NCBI RefSeq assembly: GCF_024521635.1
Contig: NW_026250418.1
Span: 558,001-622,000, forward strand
DNA from: Tricharina praecox
Taxonomy: Eukaryota
Direction: 5' to 3'
DNA length: 64,000 nucleotides
Shown: positions 39,731 to 53,064 of the stretch, piece by piece
Position numbering within the stretch: the stretch's first letter is position 1
How the letters are laid out: every line of letters begins with the position of its first letter
Program-made: the position numbers and the translations under genes
The notes under the pieces: generated by a model
Database searches by the model: none
What the model saw: the letters and a program-made list of their open reading frames with translations, nothing else
Told to the model about the DNA's origin: nothing

Positions 39731-41423
39731 ACCCAACAAAGTTCAAAGTTCAAACACATTTCAGTTTCAATCGCGAACCGGGCTCGACCATGGCGGCGGG
39801 TAATTAACTGACTGCTATTCTATGTAGAGTACTCTCCAAGTTTTCCAAGTTCCAATCTGGCAGATTTCTACCCGATGCAAACTGCACCTCTCCAAATAAC
39901 CAGCCAACCAACCACGGTGAGGTTGAATTGCATTATCAATTCCACAAAAGCTACTTTTAAAGCATGCACTTGATGCAGTGCTGTTAGTAAGGCAATTGCC
40001 GATCACTATTCACACCCTGAAAAGCTCTCCAAGACTCCAAGCCTCCAAGCTTCCAAGCATCCAAACCTTCAAGCACCCAACCGAACTGACTCTCCATAGT
40101 TAACTACAACACACGTCGGCGGCCCCCCTGCACTGCCGCCTGACTTGTCCGAATACCGTAGTAGAATAGTAGAGTGGCTGCCTCGTCGGCTACTGCTGAC
40201 CGGCCGGTCAATCAGTGCAGGCCACCGGCGAACAGTGACAGCGACACCGGTATCGACAGCGACAGCGAGACAGCAGCTGCACGAGTGGGCTCGCTCTTGA
40301 TCAACTACTGCGCTACACTGACTGCGTTGGGGAGCAGGAAGGAGACAGGGAAATGGGGAAGGGGGTTGCTTGCGGATATGTATGTACCAAGGTATGTACA
40401 GCGCACGAGTGATGGAATGGTGCAGCACGGTGAGAGCGAGGGTGGAGAAGATCTACAGTTATCAATGTCTTCTATGTACTCGATCCCTGCCCAGCCCTAC
40501 AGAAATTCGGAGCAATCAGTTGTTACCAGTATGTACCAACTAGTATCCCGCTATGTACTGTCCACCGGAGAAATATGTACTCTAGATATCAGGTATGTAC
40601 TCACACAACCTCCCAGCAGCTCGACTCCCGGTCGAAAGGTGTTTCGCTGTTCCTCATATTTATTTCCCACTCGCACGGGGAGGGAGGGGGGACAAAACCA
40701 CATCGACGAACCGCAACGATTCCCGCAAAGGGCACGGTGAGTCGGTGACTTTGCGATCAACCTCGCTCCCGGACAGGGAAGGTGAAGGGGAAGAACTGCG
40801 AACCGGACGCTACAAAAAGATTGTGCAATCCCCCCTGGCAGCTTCGAGTGATCGGCTGAATGCACAGTTGTTGAGCGCACTGTGGGCTTGCTATTAGAGT
40901 CACTCTACTGGCTAGCAACAAAAGTTCAAAGTCTCAGTACCACTGTCGTCAATTGCATATACCGGTAGCTAGTCGGGTCCCTGGGTAGGTATTGAAGAAT
41001 GTGCACTTCCTTGTGATGGTTAAGAGGGGGCGTGGAAATGATGGTTGCTCCTCACTGCCGCCTTTCGACTCGAATGCTGACCCATAACGGCTAGAGTAAC
41101 AGTATTGCAATTGAATATCAACCAGAAAAGATCTTGGTTACATTTGCAGGCTTGAGTCCTGACTTATAATCACCGACCTATCCACCGGCATATCCCACCG
41201 TCTTCCCGAAGCAACACGACCATTTGAGAGGGGGGTATTTATATTCAAACAATCCACAGACGTATGTAGAAACTTGTAAGTTTAAATGCACAACATATAT
41301 ACACGCACCAAAACTTGCAAACGAACCCCCGAACGAAACCCACCATTTGCAAACGAAACCCCGAAGAAAACCAAAGCACACCCAATAAACATACCATACA
41401 ACGACTACCTACTCCAGTCTATT

Positions 41424-42936
41424 CTACCTCCTTCTCGCCGCGCCCTTCACCGCCGCGGCCTCGATCCTCTGCGCCGCAATCCTCGCAGCAGTACGTGGGA
41501 GCCACACCCTGTGGCCCAGGACGATGGATCCCGTGAGCAGCGCGAGGGCGCCCGCCTGATGCGTAGCCGCCAGGTGGGTAGGGACCATATAGATCAGGGT
41601 GCCGATACCCAGCAGGACCTGCAGGGAGGCGAGGTGAACGACGCCCATCATGCCGACCCTAACCTTTTTTGGCATGGCAGCTGCGACGCGCGGATTGAAG
41701 CGGGAGTAGGCAAAGACAGCCATGATGGCGGTGAACGTGCTGAGCGCCATCACACGGTGCTGGAACTGCACGGTCGTGGGGTTCTCCAGAAGGTTGCGCC
41801 ACCAAAGGTCTGAGCCGTCGGCCGTGTGCGAGTAGAACGGGTCCATCATCTCTTTCGTCGGCGGCATGTACCCCGTGCCCATCTTTGGGAACTCGTTGTA
41901 GATGAGGCCCGCGTCGAGGCCAGCGACGAGACCGCCAGTCATGGCGGTGGTGAAGACCATGGCGACAAGGAGCCCGACGAGGCCGCGGAACACACGGATT
42001 TGTGGCGCGCTGAGGGATTTGACGTGCGCTAGTGCGTCGGCAGGGTTCTTGAGGAGGCGGTTTTCACGCAGGATGTCGAGACCGCACCAGAGCATGGCCG
42101 CGTAGACGGTGAATGCGGCGCCTAGGTGCGCGGTGAGACGGTACTGCGAGACGCGGGGGTGCGAACCGGGCTTGGCGAAGAGGTCGTCGCGGAGTCCGGA
42201 TTTGACCATCCACCAGCCGATGAAGCCCTGGAAGCCGATCATGCCCGAGATTCCGAGGAGCTTGAGCGCTGTCTTGAGAGTGACGCGGCGGCGTGCGGTG
42301 AAGTAGATGGCCGGGAGGACAAATGTCAGGCCGATTGCGCGCCCCCACAGCCGGTGGCCCCACTCCATGAAGTAGATGAACTTGTACTCGTCAAGTGTCA
42401 TGTTCGGGTTCAGAATCCGGTATTCGGGGGAGTCTTTGTATTTGTTGAAGTTGTCCATCCAGTCATCGTGCGAGAGGGGTGGCAGCGAGCCTGTTACGGG
42501 CTTCCATTCTGTGATCGAGAGTCTGCGCGGGGAGAAATTAGCAGCTGCGTACAGGTGGAATCATCCAACGGCATACGAACCCTGACTCGGTAAGTCGTGT
42601 AAGACCCCCTAGGACCACAATTCCAAAGACCAATCCGGCCGACCCCACCAACCAGTATCCAACCTTCTTATCGCTGATTTCCGGCCATGATCTATGGATA
42701 GCCTTGGTGGGGCGGGCAAGAGAATCGGCAAGCCCCGGGAGTGGTGATTCCCCAGTCTTAGGAATTGCAACGGTCCGCGGGGTAAACGACTTGTGGAACG
42801 CTCTGAGCCCAGAGGTTTGGAGAGGCGAGAGTGTATTCGGTCTTATTGGCTTTGACTTGAGTGTATAGTTGCGGATCTGGTGGGTGCAGCATTTCGATCG
42901 CAGCAATAGCCTGCTGGGTATTGAGGAGAATGACAT
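41424..42936 (-). CDS. COX15: Heme A synthase
   Basis: GGLTRLTESG|LSITEWKPVTG, FMEWGHRLWGR, VSQYRLTAHLG, VAGLDAGLIYNEFP, VQFQHR, THQAGA; intron 42523-42580. Confidence 0.97.
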
Positions 42937-43498
42937 GGTGGTGGTGGATTGAGGTTGCACTGGACCCGTGGAAAGGTGGAGGATCGGAGTTTTTAACTCA
43001 CTTTACTAGTAGGAGTTATTAATCTTCCAGAACATCGGATGACGATATGCAGGTGTGGGGCGGTCTCCGCGTTAGGTAAGCCTGCACTAGACCTGTCACC
43101 GCCAACGTGAAGGATTGTGGTCTATTACTGATGCCAGAATTCTAGGTTCACGCTGAACCAATGAAAACCATCACCTATGTAATCTTTCCAGCGACGAAGC
43201 CACGGAAGCGCGAAGCGAGAAGCGAAATAAAGAAAAATAGAACGGTTGAATTTCACTCGGCAGTACGGCAGACGGTCCTACCGAGGCCAACCACCTGTAT
43301 CGTCCGCAGCTGCTTCTGATGGTCCCTGTATTCTACAGATGGGTGATATCACGTGTAAATGCACTTCAGGACATCAACAGAGTCAGCTTCTATTCCTGTA
43401 TGCTGAAATGAACAGACTTCGGACTCCTCCCAAGCACATCGTGAGACAAAAGGTAGTTAGAAAGCATAAACTTTTTTCATCTTGGGCAAAAACAGTGT

Positions 43499-45652
43499 CT
43501 ACGACTGCAGTTCACCAGTGCTCTCGGTCCTAAAAAGATGTCAATATTTATCCCGGTTGAGCCGTGGAAAAAGACTTACGGCATGGGCGTGATTCCCACC
43601 ACCTCGGCGGCGGTCTTCTTCTCGGAGTGGTCATCCTTCATGAAGGCTGTTCACAGATATCAGTACCAGATCGAAATAAAAAAAGAGCTTCGGGCGGCTT
43701 ACGGAAAGTCAAAACTTCCTTGATGGAGTAGTTATTGGTAAGGAACATGACAATTCTGTCGATACCCATACCCCAACCACCAGTAGGCGGCAGACCGTAC
43801 TCGAGCGAGGTACAGAAGTTCTCGTCGATGAGCTGTGCCTCGTCGTCACCTTGGTCCTTCTGGTTGGCCTGCTCTTCGAATCGCAGCCGCTGGTCGAAGG
43901 GGTCGTTCAACTCAGTGTAGGCGTTGACGATCTCCTTCTTGCAGACGAAGGCCTCGAAACGCTCGCAAAGACCCACGCGGTCACGGTGGTACTTGGCAAG
44001 GGGAGACATCATCTGGGGGTGGCCGGTGATGAAGGTGGGGTTGATGCATTGCTCCTCGATGAACTCGCCGACGAGCTATGATACGGGTCAGTCTGGGGAA
44101 GAAACGACGCGATATATTGGGTAGAGGAAACCTTGTCAAGCATGCGGGCGTTGGTCTGAGGAGCAGAGCAGTCAATCTTGTGCTTCTTCAAGATCCCCTT
44201 CAAGAACTCGTTGGTCTCCTGAGTGTGGAGCTGGTCTCCCCGCGGGAACTTCTCTCCGGTTATCCTCTCCAATTCCTCCATCATGTCAATCTTCTTCCAT
44301 GGCTTTTCCCAGTTGACCTCGTAAACCTCACCGCTCTGAGTGTTGAACTTGGTCACGTAGCTGCCAGTGATGTGCTTAACCATCTCGGAAACGAGATCCT
44401 CGGTGACGTTGATCAGGTCGTAGTAATCGGCGTATGCCCAGTAGAACTCGCAAGTTGTGAATTCGGGGTTGTGGGTGAGATCGATACCCTCGTTTCTGAA
44501 CTGACGGCCAATCTCGTACACGCGCTCGAGTCCTCCGACAACCAACATCTTGAGGTACAGCTCTGGCGCGACACGCATGAACAGATCCATGTTCAGCTCG
44601 TTGTGGTGAGTGACGAAAGGCTTCGCAGTGGCACCTCCAGCGATAGCGTTCATCATGGGGGTCTCAACCTCCACGAAGTCCTTCTCGTCGAAGTATCTGC
44701 GGATGTACGACACGATCTTGCTCCTGGTGACAAACACATCTCTGCTGGAGTTGTTCATGATCAGGTCGAGGTATCGCTGACGGAATCTCGTCTCCTGGTC
44801 CTTGAGACCGTAGTGCTCGGTCGGCAACATCCTCAAGCAAGGCGTCAACAGCACAACCTCCTTAGCAAAGATCGAGAGTTCACCCGCGTTGTCAGCGGCC
44901 TTGGGGTTGGTCCTTCCGGGGAAACCGACAATTCCGATGATGTCTCCACGGTGAAGGTGCTCGTGCTGGGCAAGGTAGTCGCCAACGGCTTCCTGCGCCT
45001 GCGCCATAACCTGGATCTTGACACCCTCGGCACGAAGGTCGTAGAAGCGCAGCTTGCTGCCGGACGCACGGTACCCGTGAATACGACCTGCAACACGGAC
45101 CTCGACATCGGGCCTTGTCTCGCCCTTCTGGAGGGATGTGTACTTCTCGACGATGTCGGCGAGCTTGTCCTTGACCAAAAACTTGTGAGGGTACGGATTC
45201 GGGCTCTTGGTCTCGCGGAGCTTGTTGATACTCCTGGAGCGGATCTCGAAGTATTGCTAGAGTGCATACACATCAGTCGGTGCATACAGCCGGGGGAGGG
45301 CAGCGCGTAGCGGGTCCATACGTTCGGCGTCAACTCCTCCATATCCTCCACCTTCTGTGCTCCTACCGCAACCTCCGCCTTCTTGGGCTTCGCGGGGGCA
45401 GCGGCAGCCTTCTCAGCCTGCAGAGAAAAACTTAATTTAGCGCGCTGCACACTGCCGATTTTCCCTCTCCATTCCCATCCCCCTTTCAGGTGGGGGTGCG
45501 GTGACGCCGGCTACCTTCTTCCTGTCTGCCTCTCTCTTCTTCTGTCTCTTCTTCAACTCCGACTTGGAGACCATCTCGCCGGTCGCCTCATCGAGCTGGA
45601 GGTTGGGAGCGTTCTCGGCCGCTGGGGCTGGTACTGCCGCGTTGTCCGCCAT
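43499..45652 (-). CDS. KRS1: Cytoplasmic lysyl-tRNA synthetase (class II); last small exon tentative
   Basis: OB anticodon domain, [54 protein letters not shown]; 4-5 introns. Confidence 0.97.
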
Positions 45653-46395
45653 GCTGTCTCTTTTTTCGGAGGAGTTTTGTGTAGGAATTCGGGTCTGAGT
45701 CGAGGCTGCCAATTCGAGCGGAGTGTGTGATGTCGAGAGCATTTCCTATCAAAGACCCAAAGCCAAAAAGAAGAAAGCGGGGGTTGAGTCAAAGTCAGCC
45801 AAGCCTTTTGGCGGGGTCATCATTGGCGGGACCGCTTTGGTTTGAGACAGAACATTTTTCAGCTGGCAAAGTGAAGATAACCAGCCACCTCCGCCACAGA
45901 TGGACAGTCGCACCGGAATTACGCGGTATGAAGTACCTGCAGATTGCCTACATGTAGATCTCTGCTCTGGGTCCTCAATCTAGGCTTAACACCACTCTAT
46001 GTTTTGTTCGCTACCATAGTAAAGCAACCCTCAAACAAGAAGCAAAAACACATGTGCACATACAAGACGCAACACCCCCCAAAACAAATGCCAGTGCGCC
46101 CAACGTCAATCGCGTATCGTACAACAGCTGTCCCCATAAACACCCGTCCGTCCAGTCGAAGCCAGCCAGCTTTACTGGACACTCCCTCCCCCAAGCCCAC
46201 ATGTTCATGTGGTCCACCAACCGATATAGAGTAGAGATGCGTGCCGTACACCCAGTCGTAAGAAAGAAGACGTAACTAACCCATATCCCCAATTTGCCGA
46301 GCCGTAGTAAAAGTCACACCCACACACACAAAGACTATTTTTAAGAAAATTTCATACAATCCGGTCCGATCAAGTGAATGTGAAAAACAGAGGGC

Positions 46396-47229
46396 TTATG
46401 CAGGGAGGGCCCCGACCGTTGAGCTTTCCGACGGCAACTGCGGCGAGAAGAGAGATCCATTAGCATTTTTCGGACCAATGGAAAGGACGGAAGTAGGAGG
46501 GTAGCGTCATACAGGTGGATTCTGCGGCCTGTTGTTTCCCGCCATCATCCGGTTGAGACCGATACCCGCACCCTCAATAATAGCGAGCAAGATACCGCAA
46601 CTAATGGCGGAGTTCCGGGCGGCCTTCCAACCTCCACGGACAGCAAGCGCTCCTCCAGTGAAGAAACCGGCAATGACTTTTCGTAAACGCGGTTAGCCAA
46701 TTCCCCAATACATGTGGGGATGACAGCACATACTAGCATTCCAAGGGTCCTCCTTCGCGCGCACTCCCTTGACGGCACAGTCGAACGTCGAGAAGAGACC
46801 ACCCCAGACACCAAAGTTTCCGGCTAGGACCGGAGCACGGGCCTTGATAGCTGTGAGGGCACCGATTCGTCGTTCACCCTACAAGCAGAGGATCAGTAAC
46901 CTACTCATGATGTTTGTAGCGAAGCGAGTTGTTGTTATCGATTTCGTTGCGGAACATAACATTGTGTTCAGGTGGGAAGAATCGCATCGCGACTTTGGTG
47001 GCGGGGCAAACATCGTAACGACCGGAAGGTGAAAACCTACAGCAGGAGAGTTGCGGAAACCCTTGACACCGTGCCAAACAGCACCACCGACTGCCTAGAA
47101 TGGGTCAGCACACAATCACCAATCGCCGAAACACAACCGGAGCGGGGGCGCGAAACTCACTCCCATAGAGAAAGCACCACCGAAGTCATTGATAATGACC
47201 CAAGGGCAGGGATCGCGGGAGTGATCCAT
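46396..47229 (-). CDS. TIM17: Mitochondrial inner-membrane translocase subunit Tim17 (5 exons; mostly absent from the ORF track)
   Basis: [47 protein letters not shown]...[15 protein letters not shown]...[16 protein letters not shown]. Confidence 0.97.
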
Positions 47230-49825
47230 TGTTGACTGGGGAGAAGGATAGAGTGGTAAGGGAGGAAAGTAGGTGGTGGTGGTCAAGAGGGGCGTGAGGC
47301 GTCGGGGGGGTGCAGTCGTGCCGTGTGGGGGTTGGTTGGTCAGTTGGTGTTGTGGTGTATTCGGCGGTTGATGATGAGATGTCGAAGCTTGCCAAAAGAT
47401 TTTTGCGCTTGATGCCGATTGGTCGGTAACTGGATGGCGGCGAGACTTGGCATCTGCGCAAGACGGCCGACGGGGGGCAGGCCCAGCAAGGTCACACAAC
47501 AACACAACAGCCCAGAACCGTAAATTTGGCTTCTCCGGAACTTAGTTTTTTTGTCGCCACGACTACGGGTGACCAGCAAATAGCACTCCCTGATCGATTG
47601 AAGCTCGGCTATCTACTCTACCCACTGTAAGTGACCATTCAACATCAAAATTCTGATTTACGGATGCCAACGAGAATAGATGCCGAGCATTTGTTTGCGG
47701 CCGGGACATCCGATCCCGACGACCAGGTATGAGGTGCTGCAGTGCCATCTGGTCAACATACTCCGTGAAGCGCATTTACATAGAGTACTGGCACTTTTAC
47801 GAGCCGACGTCTTGCGGTACGGATTTGGCTTGTCCATTTGATGTCCCTCTATCTCGAAGCTGGTCCCATCTAGCGCCAGGCGTGGCCCCACTGGCATCTA
47901 ATGAATCGCACTTCGGAGAGAAACAAGCATATAAGTGCTAAAGTTTGCCGCATTGGTTGTTGTGAAACACGTCCTCACGCAAAGTCACTCGGCGCGCCGC
48001 CACGTTCCGTCCAAGTCAAGAGTCATAGGCGGGCAGCGACCTCCGTGACAACGCGGAGCGGAAAAGCGGCTCTCCGTGCAATGAACTCCGTGCAAAGCTG
48101 ATGTCTCTTTCCCTGGATGATTCTCTCCCACCTTCATTTGGGACGTTGTTATGAATTATGACAGTTTATTATCATCCCAACATCTTTATCTCCAGTCTTG
48201 GGAATACCTACCGCAAACTTAGATTAGCTATATCTCGAATCAGCAATAGTATCGCCATTATACGACTGCCAATGCAGACAGCCTCGTGCCGTGGATCAGT
48301 ATGGCGACTGACCCAGACCCCGTTTCGGGGTGGAGTCGGCACATTTACGCACTAGGCACTCCTTCTTACATACAACCCGTGAATGATACTCCCGCCAGAC
48401 TGGAAACACAGTGAAAAAGCTGCCGACTCACTGGTACCTTGATCACTGGTTCAGTAGACGGATTACGGTTGAGCATTGGTTTCATACGGCAGTTGCGCTG
48501 TTCTCGCAGCGTTTGCGTTGCACATGAGAGAGCACATGGCGACAGAGGGTTCTTTGCATATACTGTCACCAGCCGGAGTTTACCAGCCAGGGTTTGCGCA
48601 CCTACTCTAATTACCAAGTGGGGGACCGCCAAAGCGGATACTCTGCTTCGTCCTAACTCTAATACTCACCACGAGATGCTGTGTCCTCCCGAGGTACTCT
48701 CAAAATAAGAGTTGCACGCGCCTACCTTCCACATCTTTGGCTGGTTATCCTCGACGGAAGCAATGGCTACATCCGGGGACTTTGTGATGAGACGCACCGT
48801 CCAATCATATCTCGAAGGGACAACCTTCAGTCGTCTACCGCACCGGTTATGCTCCTTTCCGCCTGACGCAACGAGGTTTTTTGGCCTGACTGTGGGTATG
48901 CACTGATCTTTATCTAAGAAATATCTGGCAACCTTGATAGCTTCCAGAGCTATGGAGCCTCTGAGCCGGCTGAGTACGTTTCCCCGAATTCCACGCAAGG
49001 TGAGTCAGAGTGTGCTTCGACGCCAGCATGACCAGCTATCAGGCGGTCAACCTTTCAATATTGATATTGGGCAATTGGCGGTACAAATATGACATTATTC
49101 TGAGGCGACTTTCCCATGGTCTAGACCCACTGCATCTAGCGAGTCTATCCACTTCCCCCTTTACCTAACGCTGAGGATTCTCGAGTTGTGATCGGCTGGC
49201 TTTTGACGTGGTGCCAATCATGTCGAAAGCCTTCTTCTCGAACGACGGCTGCAGCCCATCCAGGCCGGCTGAGCCTGTCTCCCGTGTATCTGTAAGGAAG
49301 ATAAACACCATTCGTACGATGCACTCTTCCTTGGCCGCTCCGCTTCGATCTTGTTTTCAAGGAGCCGTCGGTATCCAGAAGTTGATACAGTCGGAGACAT
49401 CGTCCCAACAAAATTGTTGAATGACGGGAGGAATTGGACAGCAGGGTCATTGACCTGGCAGTAGAAGGAGACCACCGTCTGGGATTCTGGATGGAGATGG
49501 CGTGAGTTTTGAAAATTCCAATTCTGTATAAAACCCGAGTTCCTTACTTGAGAGTCTCCCAGCATCAACAATTGAATCGGGTCGAATGGGAGCTTCCTTC
49601 CCCTGAGAATACATACATCTACGTTCTCGTCCTTTTCCCTTTCTTCTGGTCAGTCACTTCCGAGCTCATCTTTCTCCTCGAACTCCAACGAAGCAATCCA
49701 GACAAACGCATCACGAAAAGCCGTCGCTCCCCACTCTTCTTTTTTTCTCTAGAACGCTCTCCGCAAAAGTCCCTCCCTCCACCACTCCTTTATACCACCG
49801 ATCAACCAACCAACCAGCCAACATT

Positions 49826-49993
49826 ATGCCTGGCCCCTGCTCCGCCGACGATTACACACCCATCAAAGTGGCCACAGCCAAATGCGATATGTGCAATAAG
49901 CGAGATAAGCGTACGATGAAACGTTGCAACAAATGCTCGTTCCAAGTTTGCGGGGCCTGTATTACCAGCCTTCCGAACGGCGGCGCGCATTGA
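49826..49993 (+). CDS. 55-aa Cys-rich zinc-finger microprotein (C1-like ligand spacing)
   Basis: MPGPCSADDYTPIKVATAKCDMCNKRDKRTMKRCNKCSFQVCGACITSLPNGGAH*; three CxxC pairs; A at -3; CT-rich leader. Confidence 0.7.
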   Translation: MPGPCSADDYTPIKVATAKCDMCNKRDKRTMKRCNKCSFQVCGACITSLPNGGAH

Positions 49994-51411
49994 GTCGGTC
50001 CAACGCACGCACGCAACCCACTCACCGTGTCTTTCTTTCTGCCTTTTATTACACTGGCTGGTATATCGAAGATAGATAGGGCTGTGAGAAGAGATCGTGG
50101 GCGTGTGTTGTGGTGGTGGTGGGGGTGGTGGGGGAGTGCGTGGTGGAGATGGTGGTGTTTCTTTTCTCTCTGTGTGGTGCTTCCTTTCCTTTCCTTCTGT
50201 TTGCTCTAGACGGGAAGCAAGCCTCCTACGTGGGAGTAGTCACCCATTATCTCTCCACCTTGTCGTTTTGGAAAATGCTGCTGGCAGCCGACCATTTCCT
50301 GTCATATTTTTCTCTGTTTCTTTCCTATCCTTTCTCATTTTTGTTTCCTTGGATGTCTAAGGACCCCCGCCTCATTGGCCTTTTTAGTGTTTAGTCATGC
50401 GAGAAAATCTTTTGGAAGTGCGTATTTCTTGTCCTGACTGTATGTGGAGGATCTTCATATGTCTCTGTATTCCTTTTTGTAGATTGCTCACGGTACCTAC
50501 ACTCTCGTCGTATCTCCAAACGGCTTCTATGTAGTCTGTCTTTTTCTTTCGTCATTCCTTATCTAATGGAGTGTCAGCAATTATTATTCAATAGAATTGA
50601 TGTATTACACAGTGCACACCACCTCATGTATGATTCCGCAATGCAAACTGGCACCTTCAGATTCACTGGTCATCACTCACCCACCGACACTCACTCGGCG
50701 TAATAGTGAGAGGGAGATGCAGTCCTCTTCACAAGTTTAAACCTCTGACTATGTCGTTCATAACCCGAGATTGCCATTCTGTACTTCCCACTTCCGCAGG
50801 CTCTGGTTCCTTGTATATACAAAGATAACCTCCCAGTAAAGATAGCCCCCCGAGTGATTTACTATGAGTAAGAAAGGCCGGCGAGTGCCTCAACACTGCT
50901 CGTACGCTCGACCTCCAGCTAGAGTATCTACTGGATTAACCAAAGCACAGTCGTGGAAGCCATTCTAGGTCTCGAAGTTGGTGTTCTTCGCAGCCAATTG
51001 CAAACTGGCATCTCCCAAACCCCCGCTGCACTCTTGGGTGCCCCGCTCCATGTGCAATCATTATGCTTATATTCTAACCTTTCCTCTGCCTCAAATTTCT
51101 CTCCACCAAAAAGCAACTCACGAAATCCTACATACATAGACGTGAAAACATCGCCTCCGTTTAAAACTTAACGCGGGGGGTCCATGCCAAGAATTCCTAT
51201 TTATGTGTAATTTCCTTGACGCAGCCCCTCCGAACCCTGGCCTGAGCTAAACCAACCTTGTCCATTGGTGGTGGAGGGAGCACAGCAGCCAACACAGACC
51301 ACCAGGTGATCAACGTGCACCCACTATCCAACTCCTCTCATCTCACCAGCTATCCCAAAAACACAAAGAAACGAGCGCTCATCGAACAATAACACCACTC
51401 ACGAAAGCATA

Positions 51412-52853
51412 ATGTCTAACTTCAACAAAGCTATCATCCTCGTACGTATGCGAGGGCTGTACATAGGATTGAGTGGGTTGAAGGCTGAAGCTAATGTGAA
51501 TAACGAATGGATAGGTCGGAGGTCCATCCAGGGGCACCCGGTTCCGCCCTCTTTCGCTCGAGTTCCCCAAGGTGCGCAAATCGTATCTTCTGCCCCCCTC
51601 CATCGCATTCTGTACTGACAAACGGTCATGCAAACAGCCCCTCTTCGAGGTCGCCGGCCACAGCCTGATCTGGCATCCCCTCTGCGCGATTGCGAAGGTC
51701 GCTAGCATCCGTGAGGTTATCTTGATCGGCTACTACGACGAGTCTGTATTCGCACCATCGATTCGTAGCTGGAGCGCCGAGTTCCCTGCGCTGAAGATCA
51801 CGTACCTGCGTGAATACACGGCGCTGGGAACCGCCGGAGGGCTGTACCACTTCCGCGATGCGATCCTGATGGGAAACCCCAAGCGCATTTTTGTCCTCAA
51901 TGCCGACGTGTGCTGCTCGTTCCCGTTGAAGGAGATGCTGGAGGTTTTCGAGGAGAAGGAGGCCGAGGCGGTGCTGCTCGGCACCAGGGTGCAGGGAGAG
52001 GCGGCGCAGAGGTTTGGATGTAGGCCCCCACGCTATATACCCCGCGATTGGATGATGATTGACATGATATGTAGGCATCGTCGCCGACCCTACGACGTCA
52101 AAGGTCCGCCACTACGTCGAGAAGCCCGAGGGCCATATCAGCAACCTGATCAACTGCGGAGTCTACCTCTTTTCGTCCTCCGTCTTCTCCCTGATCCGCA
52201 CCGCCATGGACGCAAAGGCTGACCGCCTCGCCTCCGACCCGAGTGTCGACCCAACCGACGGCGACTCGTCCTCCGTTCTCCGCCTGGAACAAGACATCCT
52301 CGGCCCCCTCTCCGACAGCCGCCGCTTCTTCGTCTACGAAACCCGCGACTTCTGGCGACAGATCAAGACCGCCGGATCCGCCGTGCCCGCCAACGCCCTG
52401 TACCTGCAGAAGGCATGGCAGTCCGGCTCCGAGGAGCTCGCGAAGCCCAGCGCCAACATTGTGCCGCCGGTGTTCATCCACCCCACAGCGACCGTGGACC
52501 CCACCGCAAAGCTCGGCCCGAACGTCTCGATCGGCCCTGGTGCTATCGTCGGCGCAGGTGCTCGCATTAAGGACTCAATCGTGCTCGAGGAGGCGGAAAT
52601 CAAGCATGATGCGTGTGTGCTTTACTCAATCGTGGGCTGGAACTCGAAGGTGGGTGCGTGGTCGCGTGTAGAGGGCACGCCCATGGCGGCGACGGATCAT
52701 GCGACTACCGTGGTCAGGAACGGCGTGAAGGTCCAGAGCGTCAGTATTCTCTCCAGGGAGTGTAAGGTGAACGACGAGGTGCGCGTGTGGAATTGTGTTT
52801 GTCTCCCATACAAGGAGCTGAAGAGGGATGTTGCGAACGAGGTTATCATGTAA
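51412..52853 (+). CDS. GMPPA: Mannose-1-phosphate guanylyltransferase, alpha/regulatory-type (GMPPA/Mpg2-like)
   Basis: KAIIL|VGGPSRGTRFRPLSL...|PLFEVAG, LGTAGGLYHFRD, LNADVCCSFP, YVEKP, WRQIKTAGSA, hexapeptide beta-helix, CLPYKEL. Confidence 0.93.
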
Positions 52854-53064
52854 CTAAGTAGCGTTCCGAGTTGATCACGGGGGGAGTGGGGGCAGGTGGA
52901 TTTGGAATGAAGGAATGAGGTCATGCGATTCGGCAGACAAACTTTACGATTTTAAATGAAGCTCCCACCCTATGGTGCTCCATGCCTCGCGAGCCTCGCC
53001 CAAAGTTAAAACTACAAGCGCTACAAATCATAGTATAGTCCTATGTAGGTATCAAAATCAAAAA

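Noticed and set aside
44078..45310. 410-aa plus-strand ORF; likewise 13187..14287, 18310..19386, 19462..20265 and 60168..61298
   Set aside because: Antisense shadows of GC3-biased genes (KRS1, TIF35, SCP160, membrane protein); no domain signal
46879..47040. Longer TIM17 intron as a snoRNA host
   Set aside because: No convincing box C (RTGATGA)/box D pair or H/ACA structure seen
47560..49700. Possible multi-exon minus-strand gene or pseudogene
   Set aside because: Some splice-like signals and short ORFs, but no consistent frame or recognisable motif could be assembled
49994..50209. In-frame open stretch after the microprotein TGA (possible readthrough)
   Set aside because: Context TGA-G is not leaky and the sequence is low-complexity (TGG)n and CT-rich UTR
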